Shown here: positions 1 through 13,400 of the stretch, in pieces
Position numbering within the stretch: the first letter of the stretch is position 1
Layout: the number at the start of each line of letters is the position of its first letter
Source of the DNA: Selaginella moellendorffii
Lineage: Eukaryota > Plantae > Lycopodiophyta
Reading direction: 5' to 3'
DNA length: 20,551 nt
Assembly: GCF_000143415.4 (NCBI RefSeq)
Contig: NW_003314495.1
Location: forward strand, 1 to 20,551
Notes under the pieces: generated by a model
Told to the model about the DNA's origin: nothing
Databases searched by the model: none
What the model saw: the letters and a program-made list of their open reading frames with translations, nothing else
Position numbers and translations under genes: made by a program

Positions 1-441
1 GGTCGACCATTCTGGAACCAACTTTGGTTTCCGTCGTGAGCAATGCCTGAAAAATAGATATTTAAAACGAATTTGCTATGTTAGTTCGAGTCACTTCCTG
101 CACTTAAGCTTCCGTTTGTAAAGAGAGAAGAAATTGTAATAGTCATTGCACTACCTACAAACATAAGGACAATTAAGAACCAAGAGACAATGTAAAGAAC
201 AAGAACTTTGGGGAGAGAAAATAGAAGAAACTAACGCTGCGCCATCGAGCTCAAAACGCCAGAACTTACGCGCCATTTGTATTTTTCCCTAATCCACGTT
301 AATTAATTAATTAATTAAGATTTTAATTCACGACAGATGAAATATGGGTTTTATTAACTACGCTTTTTGTAAATAACAGTGGCATAGCTGAAGATTGAAT
401 CTTTTGGGGAGATTCTGGAGTTTGATCTCTCCTTGCTCCCA

Positions 442-2633
<2,192 letters not shown>

Positions 2634-2762
2634 AGCCAAAATCATTCTTTATTTTTATATCTCTGGAAAGATTAATTGATCAAATGAAGACCATGCTGTA
2701 TGTTAAATGATTACTAAAACAATATTATGTATTTAAAGAAAAAAATATCCAAAAACAAAATA

Positions 2763-3323
2763 TGTGAGGTCCAACAATGTCATATACTAATATTAGCATA
2801 GTGGGATTTTAGTAAGTATCAGATTGATTTTAATTTAAACCACTCACTAAACTAGAGTTTTTGGGCTAATTAATATGCCAACTATAGATAACACATCATC
2901 AAGGAGTGAATCACCATATTTAAGACTTAAAGAAATTTAATACTATAAACTAAATGCAACTAAATGGTAAAGTGTAAACATCATGAACTTTTTTTGAAGT
3001 TGTTTCCTTGGCGATGGTCTAGACTAAAGTATGTATCAATGAAGATGTCAATATTTTCTAAGCAGGGGAGGCCATTTTTTGTATTCTCTTTCTATATTCC
3101 AAACATTCACATTAGTGGAAATGAAGGGCATTTTTCCTTGTCCTGAGGAGTGCTTAGATTTAGGATTTTGGTTTAAATATAACTTTTGCATCATTTAAAT
3201 CTATTCTTTCTTTCCTTTTAGGGTTTTGGTTTAGATCTAGCTTTTCCATTGTCTAGATCTCCCTTTCTTTCTAATTTTTTCTCATTTCCCTTCTTTTGCT
3301 CTTTTTCTTTCACTCAATCTTCA
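2763..3323 (+). repeat. 5' LTR of the gypsy element (right end tentative)
   Basis: Starts TGTGAGGT. 2763-2880 and ~3071-3111 align with the 3' LTR (shared TAATATTAGCATAGTGGGATTTT, AGATTGATTT, TAAACTAG.GTTTTTGGG). The tentative end ...CTTCA (3323) is followed by TGGCAAAGT, a possible PBS start, just before the N gap. Confidence 0.65.
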
Positions 3324-3332
3324 TGGCAAAGT

Positions 3333-3455
3333 NNNNNNNNNNNNNNNNNNNNNNNNNNNNNNNNNNNNNNNNNNNNNNNNNNNNNNNNNNNNNNNNNNNN
3401 NNNNNNNNNNNNNNNNNNNNNNNNNNNNNNNNNNNNNNNNNNNNNNNNNNNNNNN
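3333..3455. other. Assembly gap (N run)
   Basis: Run of N. Confidence 1.
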
Positions 3456-6400
3456 ATCCTGTTCACTAGAGTTCTTTCGTGGGAATCCTGGGGATGATGT
3501 GTATCATTGATTTGATCACTTCATGGTGATTGCCACATATCATTCTTGGGATGATGCCCGACGTTTGCATAAGTTTCCCACGTATTTCCAAGGGAGGGCA
3601 CTGCAGTGGTACAATGGTTTGAGTGAAGCCACTTGTGGGGATTGGAGTGTTCTCCTGAACGTCTTCAAACACACATTCAAACATGCCAACAATCATGATG
3701 ATGTCTTTTAGCAATTGCATTGTCTTTGTCAAAGGCTATTTAAATCGGTGATGCAATTTGGTGTTCGTTTCTGAAGCTTCTTGCTTTGTGCGAAGCCAAA
3801 TATGTCGAAGCAAATCAAGCTTGAAATATTGTGGCCAGCACTTCGTCAAGATTTTGTTAGACTTGTGCATGCATTTGCTTTAGCCACCCTTAACGATACT
3901 CTTTGTTTGGCACAATGTTATGAAACACTTCTGTCGTACGGTGAAGCCAATTTTCATTCTTTATGGCAACAATTATATACATGCATATGCACAGGATGAG
4001 GCAAACTTGGTTGTGCGTGTGAGCAATCTCGAACTTGGGTTGCAGTCATTGTGGGTGGTGCTAAATCAAGCTTTTGACCTCATTCTTGGTATAAATTAGT
4101 TGCAATGCAATCATGCCAAGTGTAACTTTGAGGTTTCTCCTTCTTGTATTATACTTTTTTATATTTCATCTATTTCTTTCACTTTTATACGTCTTTGTCC
4201 CTTTACTTCTACTTCTACCTCCATTACTTTTGTCCTTCCATTATTTCCTCCTATGATTCTTTCTTGTTTTATTCTTCCCTTTTTCCAATCCCTTTGACAA
4301 TCTTTATATTGCAACGGTTGACCACCTTATGAAGGAGTATTCTGATCTCTTTGAATTTGACCTATCGTCTAGGGCCAAGATTGCCACATTCGATTCTAAC
4401 TAGGGATGCTCGTCCAATCAAAGTTCCTGTTCGTCGTTAGTCACCCAAAGAGATCAAGATTTTACATGCAAATGATAAAGGGATGTTGGAGAAGGGTGTT
4501 ATTTGGAAGTCAGGGAGTCCTTAGGCATATAAACCTCATCTTATAACGAAGCCTGATGGGAGTATTTGTTTCTGCATCGACTATCGTATGTTAAATGAAG
4601 TGACAATCCAGGATGCGTACCCTCCTCCTCACACTACTAATCTCTTGTATTGTCTAGGGTGAAGTCATTGGTTCACCAAGCTAGATTTTGCTTCTGGGTA
4701 CTAGCAAGTACCGATGGCCAAAGAAGATATTCCTAAGATTGTTTTTTGTACATTGTTTGGTTTATACGAGTTATTGGTGATGCCGTTTGGTTTGAACAAT
4801 GCTACAACAACTTTTTAGCAGATGATAGACAAAGTTCTTTACAATATGCCAGAGATGACTGCTGACTTTATTGATGATGTATTGATCCACTTGGAGGGGA
4901 TGTAGGAGGAGCACATTTGTGATATTTATAAAGTGTTGGATCAGCTGCGAAACATTGGTTTAAAGTTGAAGCGGTTGAAGTGCATGTTTAGGTCCAAGGA
5001 CACAACATATATTGGGTACCATATTTCTCATGAGGGTTTGCAAGTTAATCTTGACAATCTTGTGGTTATTCTAAAGTTCCCTATTCTGAAGTGTGTGAAT
5101 GATATGCTACACTTCCTAGGCAAAGTGTAATATCTCGGTCATTTTGTGAATCATCTTTTTGATTGCATTACACCGTTGTGAGTGTTGTTAATGTCATCTT
5201 TCATCTGATCTCTGGATTGTGAGCAAACGTTCGTGGATCTCAAAAAGCTATTAACGATTCCTCCAATTTTAGCATATTCTAATTATATTCAACCTTTCAT
5301 TTTATGTGTGGATGCTTTTGATATTGGTCTTAAAAGTGTGTTGATGCTAAAGAGCCCGAGTGTGCCTGATCAGTGCCATCTTATTGCATATATAAGCCAT
5401 ACATTACAACCAACAGATGTAATGTATGGAGGTGTGTTGATGCTGATGCCCTTTCTCGAACTCCTCTTCCTTCTCCACTCTCTTTTTATGTTTTTGACAA
5501 GCCTGTTATTCCGGCATCTGTGGATTTTCTAAACGAGGATTCTGTACTGTTAGCGGTTGCTGTACTTGACGTTCTGTGTCCACAAGGTACAGAGCAACAT
5601 TTACCTTCTCATGATGAGATTCGCGAGGCTCAAAAGCTTGAGCCATGGATTCAAAGGTTTTGAGATGGATTTGAAAATCCTTTATCACTTGCTAATGACT
5701 TACCATTCCGGCATTTACATTCTTAATATCACCTTAAAAATAGCTTTTTTTATTTTGTGGGAACGGATCCTGATGATCTTTTACGGCTGATGGTGCCTTC
5801 CATATTTATTCCACTGTTTCTCCATGCCTACTAAGCTTCTCCTATTCTAGGTGGGCATATGGGACATTGTTGTATAACCGAAGATGCGACATGATGTTAT
5901 CCAGTATGTGCGTAGTTGCATTTAGTGCCAAGCTCATAATACTCCCCCTCGTGCCGTGGAACGATGGTTAGAATCAATTGCAGTTTCCCGTCCATTTGAG
6001 TTGGTGGCATTTGATTTTATGAGACCTTTTCCATGATCGACTGCTGATAATGAATGGTATTATTGCTTTTGACTATTTGACTTATTGGGTAGAAATTGGT
6101 GCTCTTGCTAGTGCCTCTACAACTGTTATTAGATACTTTCTCCTCAATCGAGTGGTGTTCCAACATTTTTTTCCGGAGCGGATTCTTTCGGATAATGGTC
6201 CCACATTTATGGCTAAGGCATTTCATGTTTTGACATCTCGGTTGGGGATACGCCACACTTTCATGAGTGCTTATCATCCATAGTCAGATAGTTTGGTGGA
6301 ATGGCTCGTTCAGACATTTAAAGGAATGATCGCGAAGTACATAAACTTTTAACATTCGGATTGGGATGGTTATTTGTCGTCTCTTTAGTATGTATATGTC

Positions 6401-6951
6401 ATAGGGGTGCAGAGTTTTGTTGGTGCTTCACTATATAAAATTTTATATGGTCCTAATCCAATATTACCAATGGAGCTGGGTTTACTTTTGCGATTGCCAT
6501 GAGTTGCCGATGCTAGGTCATAGAATCAATATTTGATAAGCATTCTTCCACTTGTATGAGCAAAGTTTGCCGAACACTTAGGCTGTGTACAAGTGGGGCA
6601 ACAACAACGCTACAACTCCCATCATCGTCCACCTGTAGAGTACAAAGTGGATAACTTGGTGTTAGTTTGTTTTCCCCATTTTATGGTATGTGGTTTATCG
6701 AAGGGGCTCTTTGCTCAGTGGAAAGGACCGTATCAGGTGTTACGGCAAGTCGGACTGCAAGTTTATGAGGTTCAGCATGACATCTAGCAGGCCGATCCTC
6801 CAGAAATTGTGCATGTGTAGCAGTTAAAATGCTTTATACAAAGGGATCAGGAACAACTGATACCACCTATAGATTTGCTAATGCCTCCTCTTGACATTCC
6901 TCTAGATCCCAACCCATCTACAAGAGAACCCTGATGGTCTTCTATTATTCT

Positions 6952-6966
6952 GAGAGGAGGGGATGA
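6952..6966 (+). other. Polypurine tract (PPT) of the gypsy element
   Basis: GAGAGGAGGGGATGA lies immediately 5' of the TGTGAGG that starts the 3' LTR. Confidence 0.8.
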
Positions 6967-7142
6967 TGTGAGGTTCAAGTGTATGGCTACGATGCCATAT
7001 ATTAATATTAGCATAGTGGGATTTTGGTAGCCATTAGATTGATTTCAATCTGGACCACTTGCTCTTGTATATAAACTAGGGTTTTTGGGTTAAGTGATAT
7101 GCATATTTTTTATATCCCCTTTCCATATTTCAAACACCCACA
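6967..7142 (+). repeat. 3' LTR (diverged, internally deleted; right end uncertain)
   Basis: TGTGAGGT start directly after the PPT. 6967-7103 aligns with 2763-2880, and ~7101-7142 aligns with ~3071-3111, so ~190 nt of the 5' LTR is absent here. Confidence 0.78.
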
Positions 7143-7649
7143 AATATAAATAAGCCCCTCCAATTTAGCATTTGAAATTTTTGGCGCTTTAATCTACCAC
7201 TTATGCCTCACACATGCCGATCACAAAAGTAGTCTAGCTCAATCGATCAGATAGTTGGTGATGATCTTGCGTGTTCTAGTAGATTTTTCATGTCCTCCCC
7301 TCTACCTGTCTTCCCTTAAAAGAGCTCGCTTCCTTTGGCCTTCCATTGCTGGTGTTAGTGGGAGCTAGATAGCTCATACGGTTGAAAACTGGTAGAGGTT
7401 GAGCTCTATAGGGCCTTCCATATGGACCTACATGAATAGAGGGCCTATTGCAAGGAGCAAGGGACCGCCTGGAATTGTTCCTATAGCATATTAGGGCCTC
7501 GAGACATTTTACAAGGTTGCATATGTTCTTGTAAAATTAAACGATAAATAATTTCCAACTATTATATTAAATTAAACATGGTCAAAATTTACAACAAAAT
7601 TAAAACCTCAAAAAAACAAAAAAAAATTGCACATTGCATGTAGCAACAC

Positions 7650-7951
7650 TTGGTTTGCTTAATAGAAGTGTTATTCTTACCTATTAATCCAATTGATCAA
7701 ATAAAGTTTATAATTATAAGCATGTTGTAATTTATAAACACAAGATTAATCTTATTACATATTAACCATTAGATGATAGAATAAAAAAGAATATACAAGA
7801 AAGGGTTTAAGAAAGTTTATAAATTATAAATACAAAATTAATCTAAATGAATAACAACCATTAGATGGTAGAATACCCTAGAATATTCAAATATATTTTA
7901 GATATATTCAATACCATCCAGTCCTCCTACAGGTTTGCTTAAGCAAACCAA
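7650..7951. mobile_element. MITE-like AT-rich element, unit 1
   Basis: Bounded by the 13-bp inverted repeats TTGGTTTGCTTAA (7650-7662) and TTAAGCAAACCAA (7939-7951). Very AT-rich and non-coding. Direct-repeat copy of 7970-8255. Confidence 0.65.
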
Positions 7952-7969
7952 AAATTAATTGCTATGCAT

Positions 7970-8255
7970 TTGGTTTGCTCAATGGTAGTTTTATTATTAC
8001 TTATTAATCCGATTGATCAAATAAAGTTTATAATTATAAGCATGTTTATAATTTATAAACACAATATTAATCTCATTGCATATCAACCATTAGATGATAA
8101 AATAAAAAAGAATATACTAGAAAAGGTTTAAGAAAGTTTATAAATTATAAATATAAAATTAATCTAAATGAATAACAACTGTTAGATAATAGAATATCCT
8201 AAAATATTCAAATATATTTTAGATATATTCACTGCCATCCCCTTAAGCAAACCAA
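7970..8255. mobile_element. MITE-like AT-rich element, unit 2 (tandem copy)
   Basis: TTGGTTTGCTCAA (7970) ... TTAAGCAAACCAA (8243-8255). The interior aligns end to end with unit 1 (e.g. ATTGATCAAATAAAGTTTATAATTATAAGCATGTT; AATATTCAAATATATTTTAGATATATTCA). Confidence 0.65.
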
Positions 8256-8278
8256 TTACAATAGATTTATGGACCCTG

Positions 8279-9065
8279 TGGGACGATCAAAGCGAGGAGC
8301 ACTTCAATAGCACCCAAGGATCTGCTGGATGCCGAGGGTGGTGAGATCAGAGTTACTTGCTTCAACAACGGTGTGGTACAAGCATGCTCAGGTCAAAGGG
8401 TCCCTCTGCAGAAGCAGTTCAATCACTTGAACGACTGGGAGATTATGTTCAAGAAAGCTTCAGTGCTACAATGGAGGACATTACAGCCTGCAGCTGAGAG
8501 ACAGGTCTGGCAAGACCATCGAGATCACAATGTTATACTCAAGAAGGACAGCAGTTCCAGGAGCTATGTCAAAGTCAGTCCAAGCAGAGCGAGTAAGCTA
8601 TTTCAGCGGAAAGAGCCTGGGAACTATATCCAGAATCACGGTATCTTTGGCAGCGGTTTGAGTGTGAGGGCAGGCACGCACAGGCACAGTCTATTTCCAG
8701 GGAGGGAGTGGGCGGTGGTGGTCGGATGGAGAACAGGGAGTCAGTGCCACAGGTCAAAGACAAGCGGAGAAGCCCACGACCATCCACTTTATAAAGAGGG
8801 ACAGCTTCTGTTACGGTGTGTCCACTGCAACTTGGAGACAGGCAGTGCAGCAAAAAGGTGACAAACAATGGAGATGGAACTTGGGGTGTGACTGACCGTC
8901 CCTGAGTGCGGCTACACTTCATTCAAACCATACAGGTGCTACTTGGCTTGCAGGAGGCTGCAGAAGAGCTCTTGGGCGCCAAGGACCTCTTTATGTGGAA
9001 ACAGGAGGGTAACAATTGGTTCCTCAACCACATTGCCAGCATCCAGTTCACTCAGCATTATTGGT
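8279..9065 (+). pseudogene. RPA1: Replication protein A 70-kDa subunit (RPA1A/C-type) pseudogene fragment
   Basis: Frame-hopping translation gives ordered RPA70 motifs. OB-fold A: TIKAR, DLLDAEGGEIRVTCFN, QKQFNHLNDWEIMF. OB-fold B: LQLRDRSGKTIEIT, RVSYFSGKSLGTIS. DBD-C with zinc ribbon: HFIKRDSFCY, CPLQLGDRQCSKKVTNNGDGTW, QEAAEELLG.AKDLFMWKQE. The motifs are separated by many short deletions. Confidence 0.85.
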
Positions 9066-9109
9066 GTTCATGTAAATTCCAAGAAGGACACTATCCTTCA
9101 TTTGAGCAT

Positions 9110-12100
9110 CACACCACCGTTGGAGAGATTGCTAGGTCCAAAACTTCAATTGTTCAATCAGTTCTGTCATCAATGTGCTGAGGGTGGCTATCCATACCTT
9201 GAGAGTGTGCCACCAACCTTTTCCAAGAGCTTGGGCCATATGTTGTGATTCAGCAATTGCTGTGTCTGCAAGTTTCTGCCTGCAGAGAAAGTATGGACTT
9301 TGTGTAACGTCTCCAAGCAAGAATTTCCATAGGGAGTAAACCTATTTCCAGAACCATGATCAGGTATGGAGCCTTGTACACTTTAAATTTTGCTGAGATG
9401 AAATGCTTATTGATTGCCTCGAGCTTGTCCCATGTGGTCTTGCTTAATCCTAGACCTCAACTTTCTACTCCATACAAGGCTACCATCATTACCTTTGTCT
9501 TGTAATAGGTGTGTTTGGCTTGACAGCAATTTGATTGGGCCCTACTCCAGTTTTCTGCGGGAGGCATCGATCAATAGTGTATCTTAGGTTTTCTTCGTGT
9601 GGTCCCTTGTAGTGGAATTTGCTTGCTGTGTCCAGGCCAAAATCCATCATTTTTGTCTTACTCATGTTGACAGCAAGGCCCATGGAGTCTCAAAATTGTG
9701 CCAAGGTGTGTAGTTGGCGTTAAAGTTCTAGCTGTGACGTGGCCAATAGAAGGAGGTCGTCCATATATATGAGCAGCTGCAGAATCATCCCAGCAAGCAA
9801 GATCGAGGACCTGCCATGAGAATTTCCAGCCCAGAGGGCAGGCCAGGTTCCGACCGCATTATAGTTGCATCAACCACTTGGTGACGCTGTGGGTAGCCCT
9901 GGACAAACTGCGTGCCCATAACCTCAGTTTATGCCTGCTATGTCAACATAGTAAAAAGACTTTGACAAGGTATCAAGGAGACTATTCACACGACTTCATG
10001 AGCTAAACGTCCCACTGAACTCATCAAGCTCATTCAGAGGCTTTACAAAAACGTGAAAGCGGACATTCTATAGCATATTCAGATTGACTGTGACACGGGT
10101 GTCCAACAGGTTGTCCCTTGTCACCCACTCTTGTTGGCCTATTCATTGACGCTCTACATCCTTTGGCTTCCGTCCAGCTCACGAGATGTTGCTCCACCAC
10201 TTTGGCCAGAAGCTTTGCGAAGATTGTTGAGATCATTATAGTACGATAGTTGGAGGGTAGTGCTGGATCTCCTGCCTTGTAAATTGGTACAACTCTATTG
10301 ATGTTCCAGGTCTGTGGAAAACCATGTTGGATGATTTCATGGAAAAGTTGGCAAAGGATGGGGGCCAGGTCAAGAGCTTGCAATAGCTCAGCCATGAATC
10401 CATAGACATCAGCAGCCTTCTTGCGTGGGAGAGACTGGACTGCTGCCTTCATCTGCTCTATGGTGATTTGAAGAGCTGGACATTGATCACAAGCAGTGCC
10501 AAAAATGTTCAAACTCCGAGCTTCCTACCTCATACAGCTGGTGAATATATTGAACCCGGAGTGTGATGTCCTTGATGATCACGTGCTTATGGAAAATACA
10601 ATAATCTTTGGAAGGTTTACACCTCACTTCCAAGGCCTGCTGTGCATTAAAACATTTAGCGTGGAAGCGAGCTCATGCCATGGCTACTTTCCTTGAAATC
10701 TCAATGTAGAGACTGTGCTGCCAGGTGTCCCCTTCATCTGGCTTGCTTGTATGCCGTGTGAAGCCGATGGCACTCCTTGTTCCACCAGGGTTTGACTGGT
10801 AAGCCACGCTGCTGACGTGGCTTGCAGTGCCGTAATGGTTATGTGGCCCGGAAACTTATCTAGATGCCATGTTGTCCTTGTCTCCAGAGTTCTTCCACCG
10901 TGCATTGCAGAGCAAATGCATCAATGGGGCACAATCGATAAATCACTAATGCCTTTGTTAGCCATCCAATTTGAGCTTTTCCCCTAGCATGACTTAGGAT
11001 AGTGAAGGCCGGTCCGACTGGTCAACGAACTCTAGTTGAAAGTGAGTCCGAGTTCCCTAGTAGGTAGTCAATTGTGCTGCACCCGACCTGTAGTTCCCCA
11101 AGATGTTGTTGTTGCCACACTGGGGACATTGCTAGAGTTGGGGAAAGCTGGAATCCCGTTCAAGATCCATGTTTCAGTTTCTTGGCAAAAGTTGAGCAGC
11201 GTTTGTCCCGTCCGGCGGTCAAATCTATCCCGACTGTGGCGTCTCCATTTCAGCTCCTCTGATTCCCCATCTTCTACCATGTGAGATGCCTGATATGAGC
11301 CTGTGCGGCAGTTCAAATCACCGGCTATGATGACCATCAAATGCTCCGCCCATGTGTGGAACCGTTCTGCCAGTGTCGCAAAAGGGAATGGTGTACCCAT
11401 GACAAAGTCTGGAGAGAAGTAGCAAACCACGAGGATGGTGTCCTTTTGCCTTGGCGAGCTTATGCGGATTGCTACAGAGTTGTTTTCCTCATCTTGAAAC
11501 TGGAGTGAGACGCTTGTGATGGCTTGATCCTTGATGTAAATTGCGATTCCCCCATTTCCCCGGCCGGTTGGTGTTGAATTCCAGTTCCAGGACCAATGTG
11601 AGTAGCCTGGGAAGTCCGGCAACCTCCTTTCCGGGTGCTCCCAAGTTTCAACTAAGCAAAGGATGTCAAATCGATTGTCCAAGCCGGAGTTGTGGGGCAA
11701 GCCATGGCAGTGCCAGATGAGGATCTCAAGCTTGGAGTCAAACGGTATTGTGTAGTCCTTTGGTCGACCCATCCTTCTAGGCTTGGCTTTTTTAGAAGAA
11801 ATATGTATTTACTTGTTGAACTTACATTGGATGGCCAAACTGCTACAAATGAGAGTTCGTGAAAATAAAAACCGATTCTTCTATCCACTTTCTAAAAAAT
11901 GTGGAGGTGTTACTAAGTTTGCTGAAGCTGATCTTGGTTGCCGTCACGGCTGTGTGAAGGCCCTCCTATTCATCAACTTCTTCTGGATGGCACCTTGGAG
12001 TTTTGTTGCTGCAGTTTTCCCCAACAGTGCTGCCATTTTTTGGTCATGGTTGTCGTAGAAGCTTGGACGTTGCGTGGTCTGTACGGGTTCTTCCTCCTCT

Positions 12101-13400
12101 TCCTCTTGAGTTGCCGGCTGGCCCAAATGGAATGGGGCTGGGGTTGATGGAGGCGAGATGAGAATCACCTGATCAGTGTCGGTTGTGATGGTAGCAATGT
12201 TGCCTTTGCTACTTTTCCCGTCCCAGTTCTAGAGCCTTTCGCTTTTGCTTGGGCCAAAGCTCTGCCTGGTGGTGCCTTTCGCTTAGGGGCCGAGCTCAGT
12301 GGCGGTTGTGGTTCTGAGAGCACCTTGGCCTGGAGCCCGAGGTATATCTCCTTGGACTTTTTGTCCGGGAAAACTCCCATCGCGATCCTAGGTTGCCTTG
12401 GCTTCTTCCTCGGCTTGGCTGGTGGAGATGATGCGTCACTTGCCTCAGGGAAGGACACCAGATTGGCTCCTTGGGTATCCTTGGATGGGGGCTTGTCCTC
12501 CCATTTCCCTTCCAGAACGTCCTGGAATATAGACATCATCAGTTGCATAGCGGCTGTTTTGTTACATGGGTGGCTTGAACTTGTCAAGGCCTGTGTTGGG
12601 TGGTGCTGTTGCCACTGGTGTCATGAAAGTGGTATCCGGTTCTTCTGGTACAGTTGTCTTTGGATTCGAAGTAGACGCAGGTGGGGGCCGCTTCTCCTCT
12701 TCGGCCGTCGTTACGCCTAGGATGTGCCAGAATCGCCATCCCTTTGAGAAGTCCCTTCGAGACACGTCTACTTTGTTAGGGACATTCTTGAACTTTAGCT
12801 TGTAGTAATGACGTCCGTACTTAATGTGAGATGGCAACCTCAAGTCCACTGGGACTGCCACTTTGACCTCCCCAAGGGTGCTGTCTGCTTTGATTACTTT
12901 TCCCAAGCTACGCAGTGCGTCCTTTGCTGTCTCCATATCTGTGCGGTGCCCGTCCAACTCCAGCATCATCATCCGGGAAATGTGGTGGTGGTTCTGCTCC
13001 GTAGGCTTGAACATAAGCCAGCTTCCCGTCCCTCGTGAACGTACCCTCCGCCCACACATGCTTCATTTGGTCGTGGTGCTGGAAGGTGACAATGAGCTGA
13101 GTTGAGAGGGGTGTGGATTTTGAAGTCTGCTGCTTGGTGTTAGTCCCAAATGTGCTGCCCAAACCATCCTAATCCTGGCGTTTGAAACTTGGATCGTCAA
13201 TCTTGAGAATCAAGCTGAAATACTCCACATCATCCTTCTCTTCCAGATTTCCGAATGGCAAGGGCAAGTGTTGGTCCCTCGTCGCGGAGCGGCTTGGGTA
13301 GCGCGGGCTTCCAGGCTGTAGGTCATTGCGCTTTCGTCACCACCGAGAGATCAACCAATCGCCAAGCCACTTCCGCTCAGACAGGTATGGTCACCACCGC
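9110..13400 (-). mobile_element. Degenerate non-LTR retrotransposon (LINE): ORF1 plus APE-RT ORF2; boundaries approximate
   Basis: ORF1-like remnants at ~13330-11944 (basic, Pro-rich). APE endonuclease at 11740-11070: ILIWHCHGL, DILCLVETW, GGIAIYIK, IIAGDLNCRTG, LLNFCQETETWILNG. RT: KKAADVYG, WNINRVVPIYKAGD, NYRTIMI (10512-10150) and LLIYMDDLLLLA...GLAVNMSKTKMM (~9780-9650). Post-RT LYGVES*G (~9470). Multiple stops and frameshifts. Confidence 0.9.
9832..10150 (+). other. Inverted segment of the LINE RT domain
   Basis: On the + strand, opposite to the rest of the element, it reads QARFRPHYSCINHLVTL, YACYVNIVKDFDKVSR and DTGVQ/GCPLSPTLVGLFID. These are the RT motifs missing between WTEAKGCRA and YMDD on the minus strand. 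Confidence 0.85.

Larger units (their letters stand above)
2763..7142 (+). mobile_element. Degenerate Ty3/gypsy LTR retrotransposon (gag, RT, partial RNase H, integrase)
   Basis: Gag-like segment (WDDARRLHKFPTYFQGRALQWY, ~3545-3610). RT motifs FCIDYRMLNEVT (~4570), LDFASGY*QV (4681), VMPFGLNNATTTF (~4780) and FIDDVLI (~4867). RNase H start PPILAYSNYIQPFILCVDA (~5260). Integrase GH..CxxC remnant (~5850-5930), ILSDNGPTF (~6182), AYHP (~6269) and a GPY/F-type tail WKGPYQV (~6720). The RT-RH-IN order is gypsy. Many stops and frameshifts. Confidence 0.93.

Noticed and set aside
299-318. (TAAT)n tract as a homeodomain site cluster
   Set aside because: More simply a microsatellite expansion, with no functional evidence.
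7206-7212. CCTCACA, a perfect inverse of the LTR start TGTGAGG, as the 3' LTR end
   Set aside because: No matching TSD (AAATA vs CATGC), and 7143-7212 has no visible counterpart in the 5' LTR. Left unresolved.
7650-8255. CRISPR-like array (palindromic repeat with spacers)
   Set aside because: Eukaryotic context, only two units, and the 'spacers' are copies of each other. No cas genes.
8373-8861. 162-aa ORF as a novel protein
   Set aside because: It is a chance path through the frameshifted RPA1 pseudogene. Only QKQFNHLNDWEIMF is in the RPA frame.
7650-9110. Helitron carrying RPA
   Set aside because: No Rep/helicase sequence and no convincing 3' hairpin-CTRR terminus were seen. The RPA motifs look cellular.
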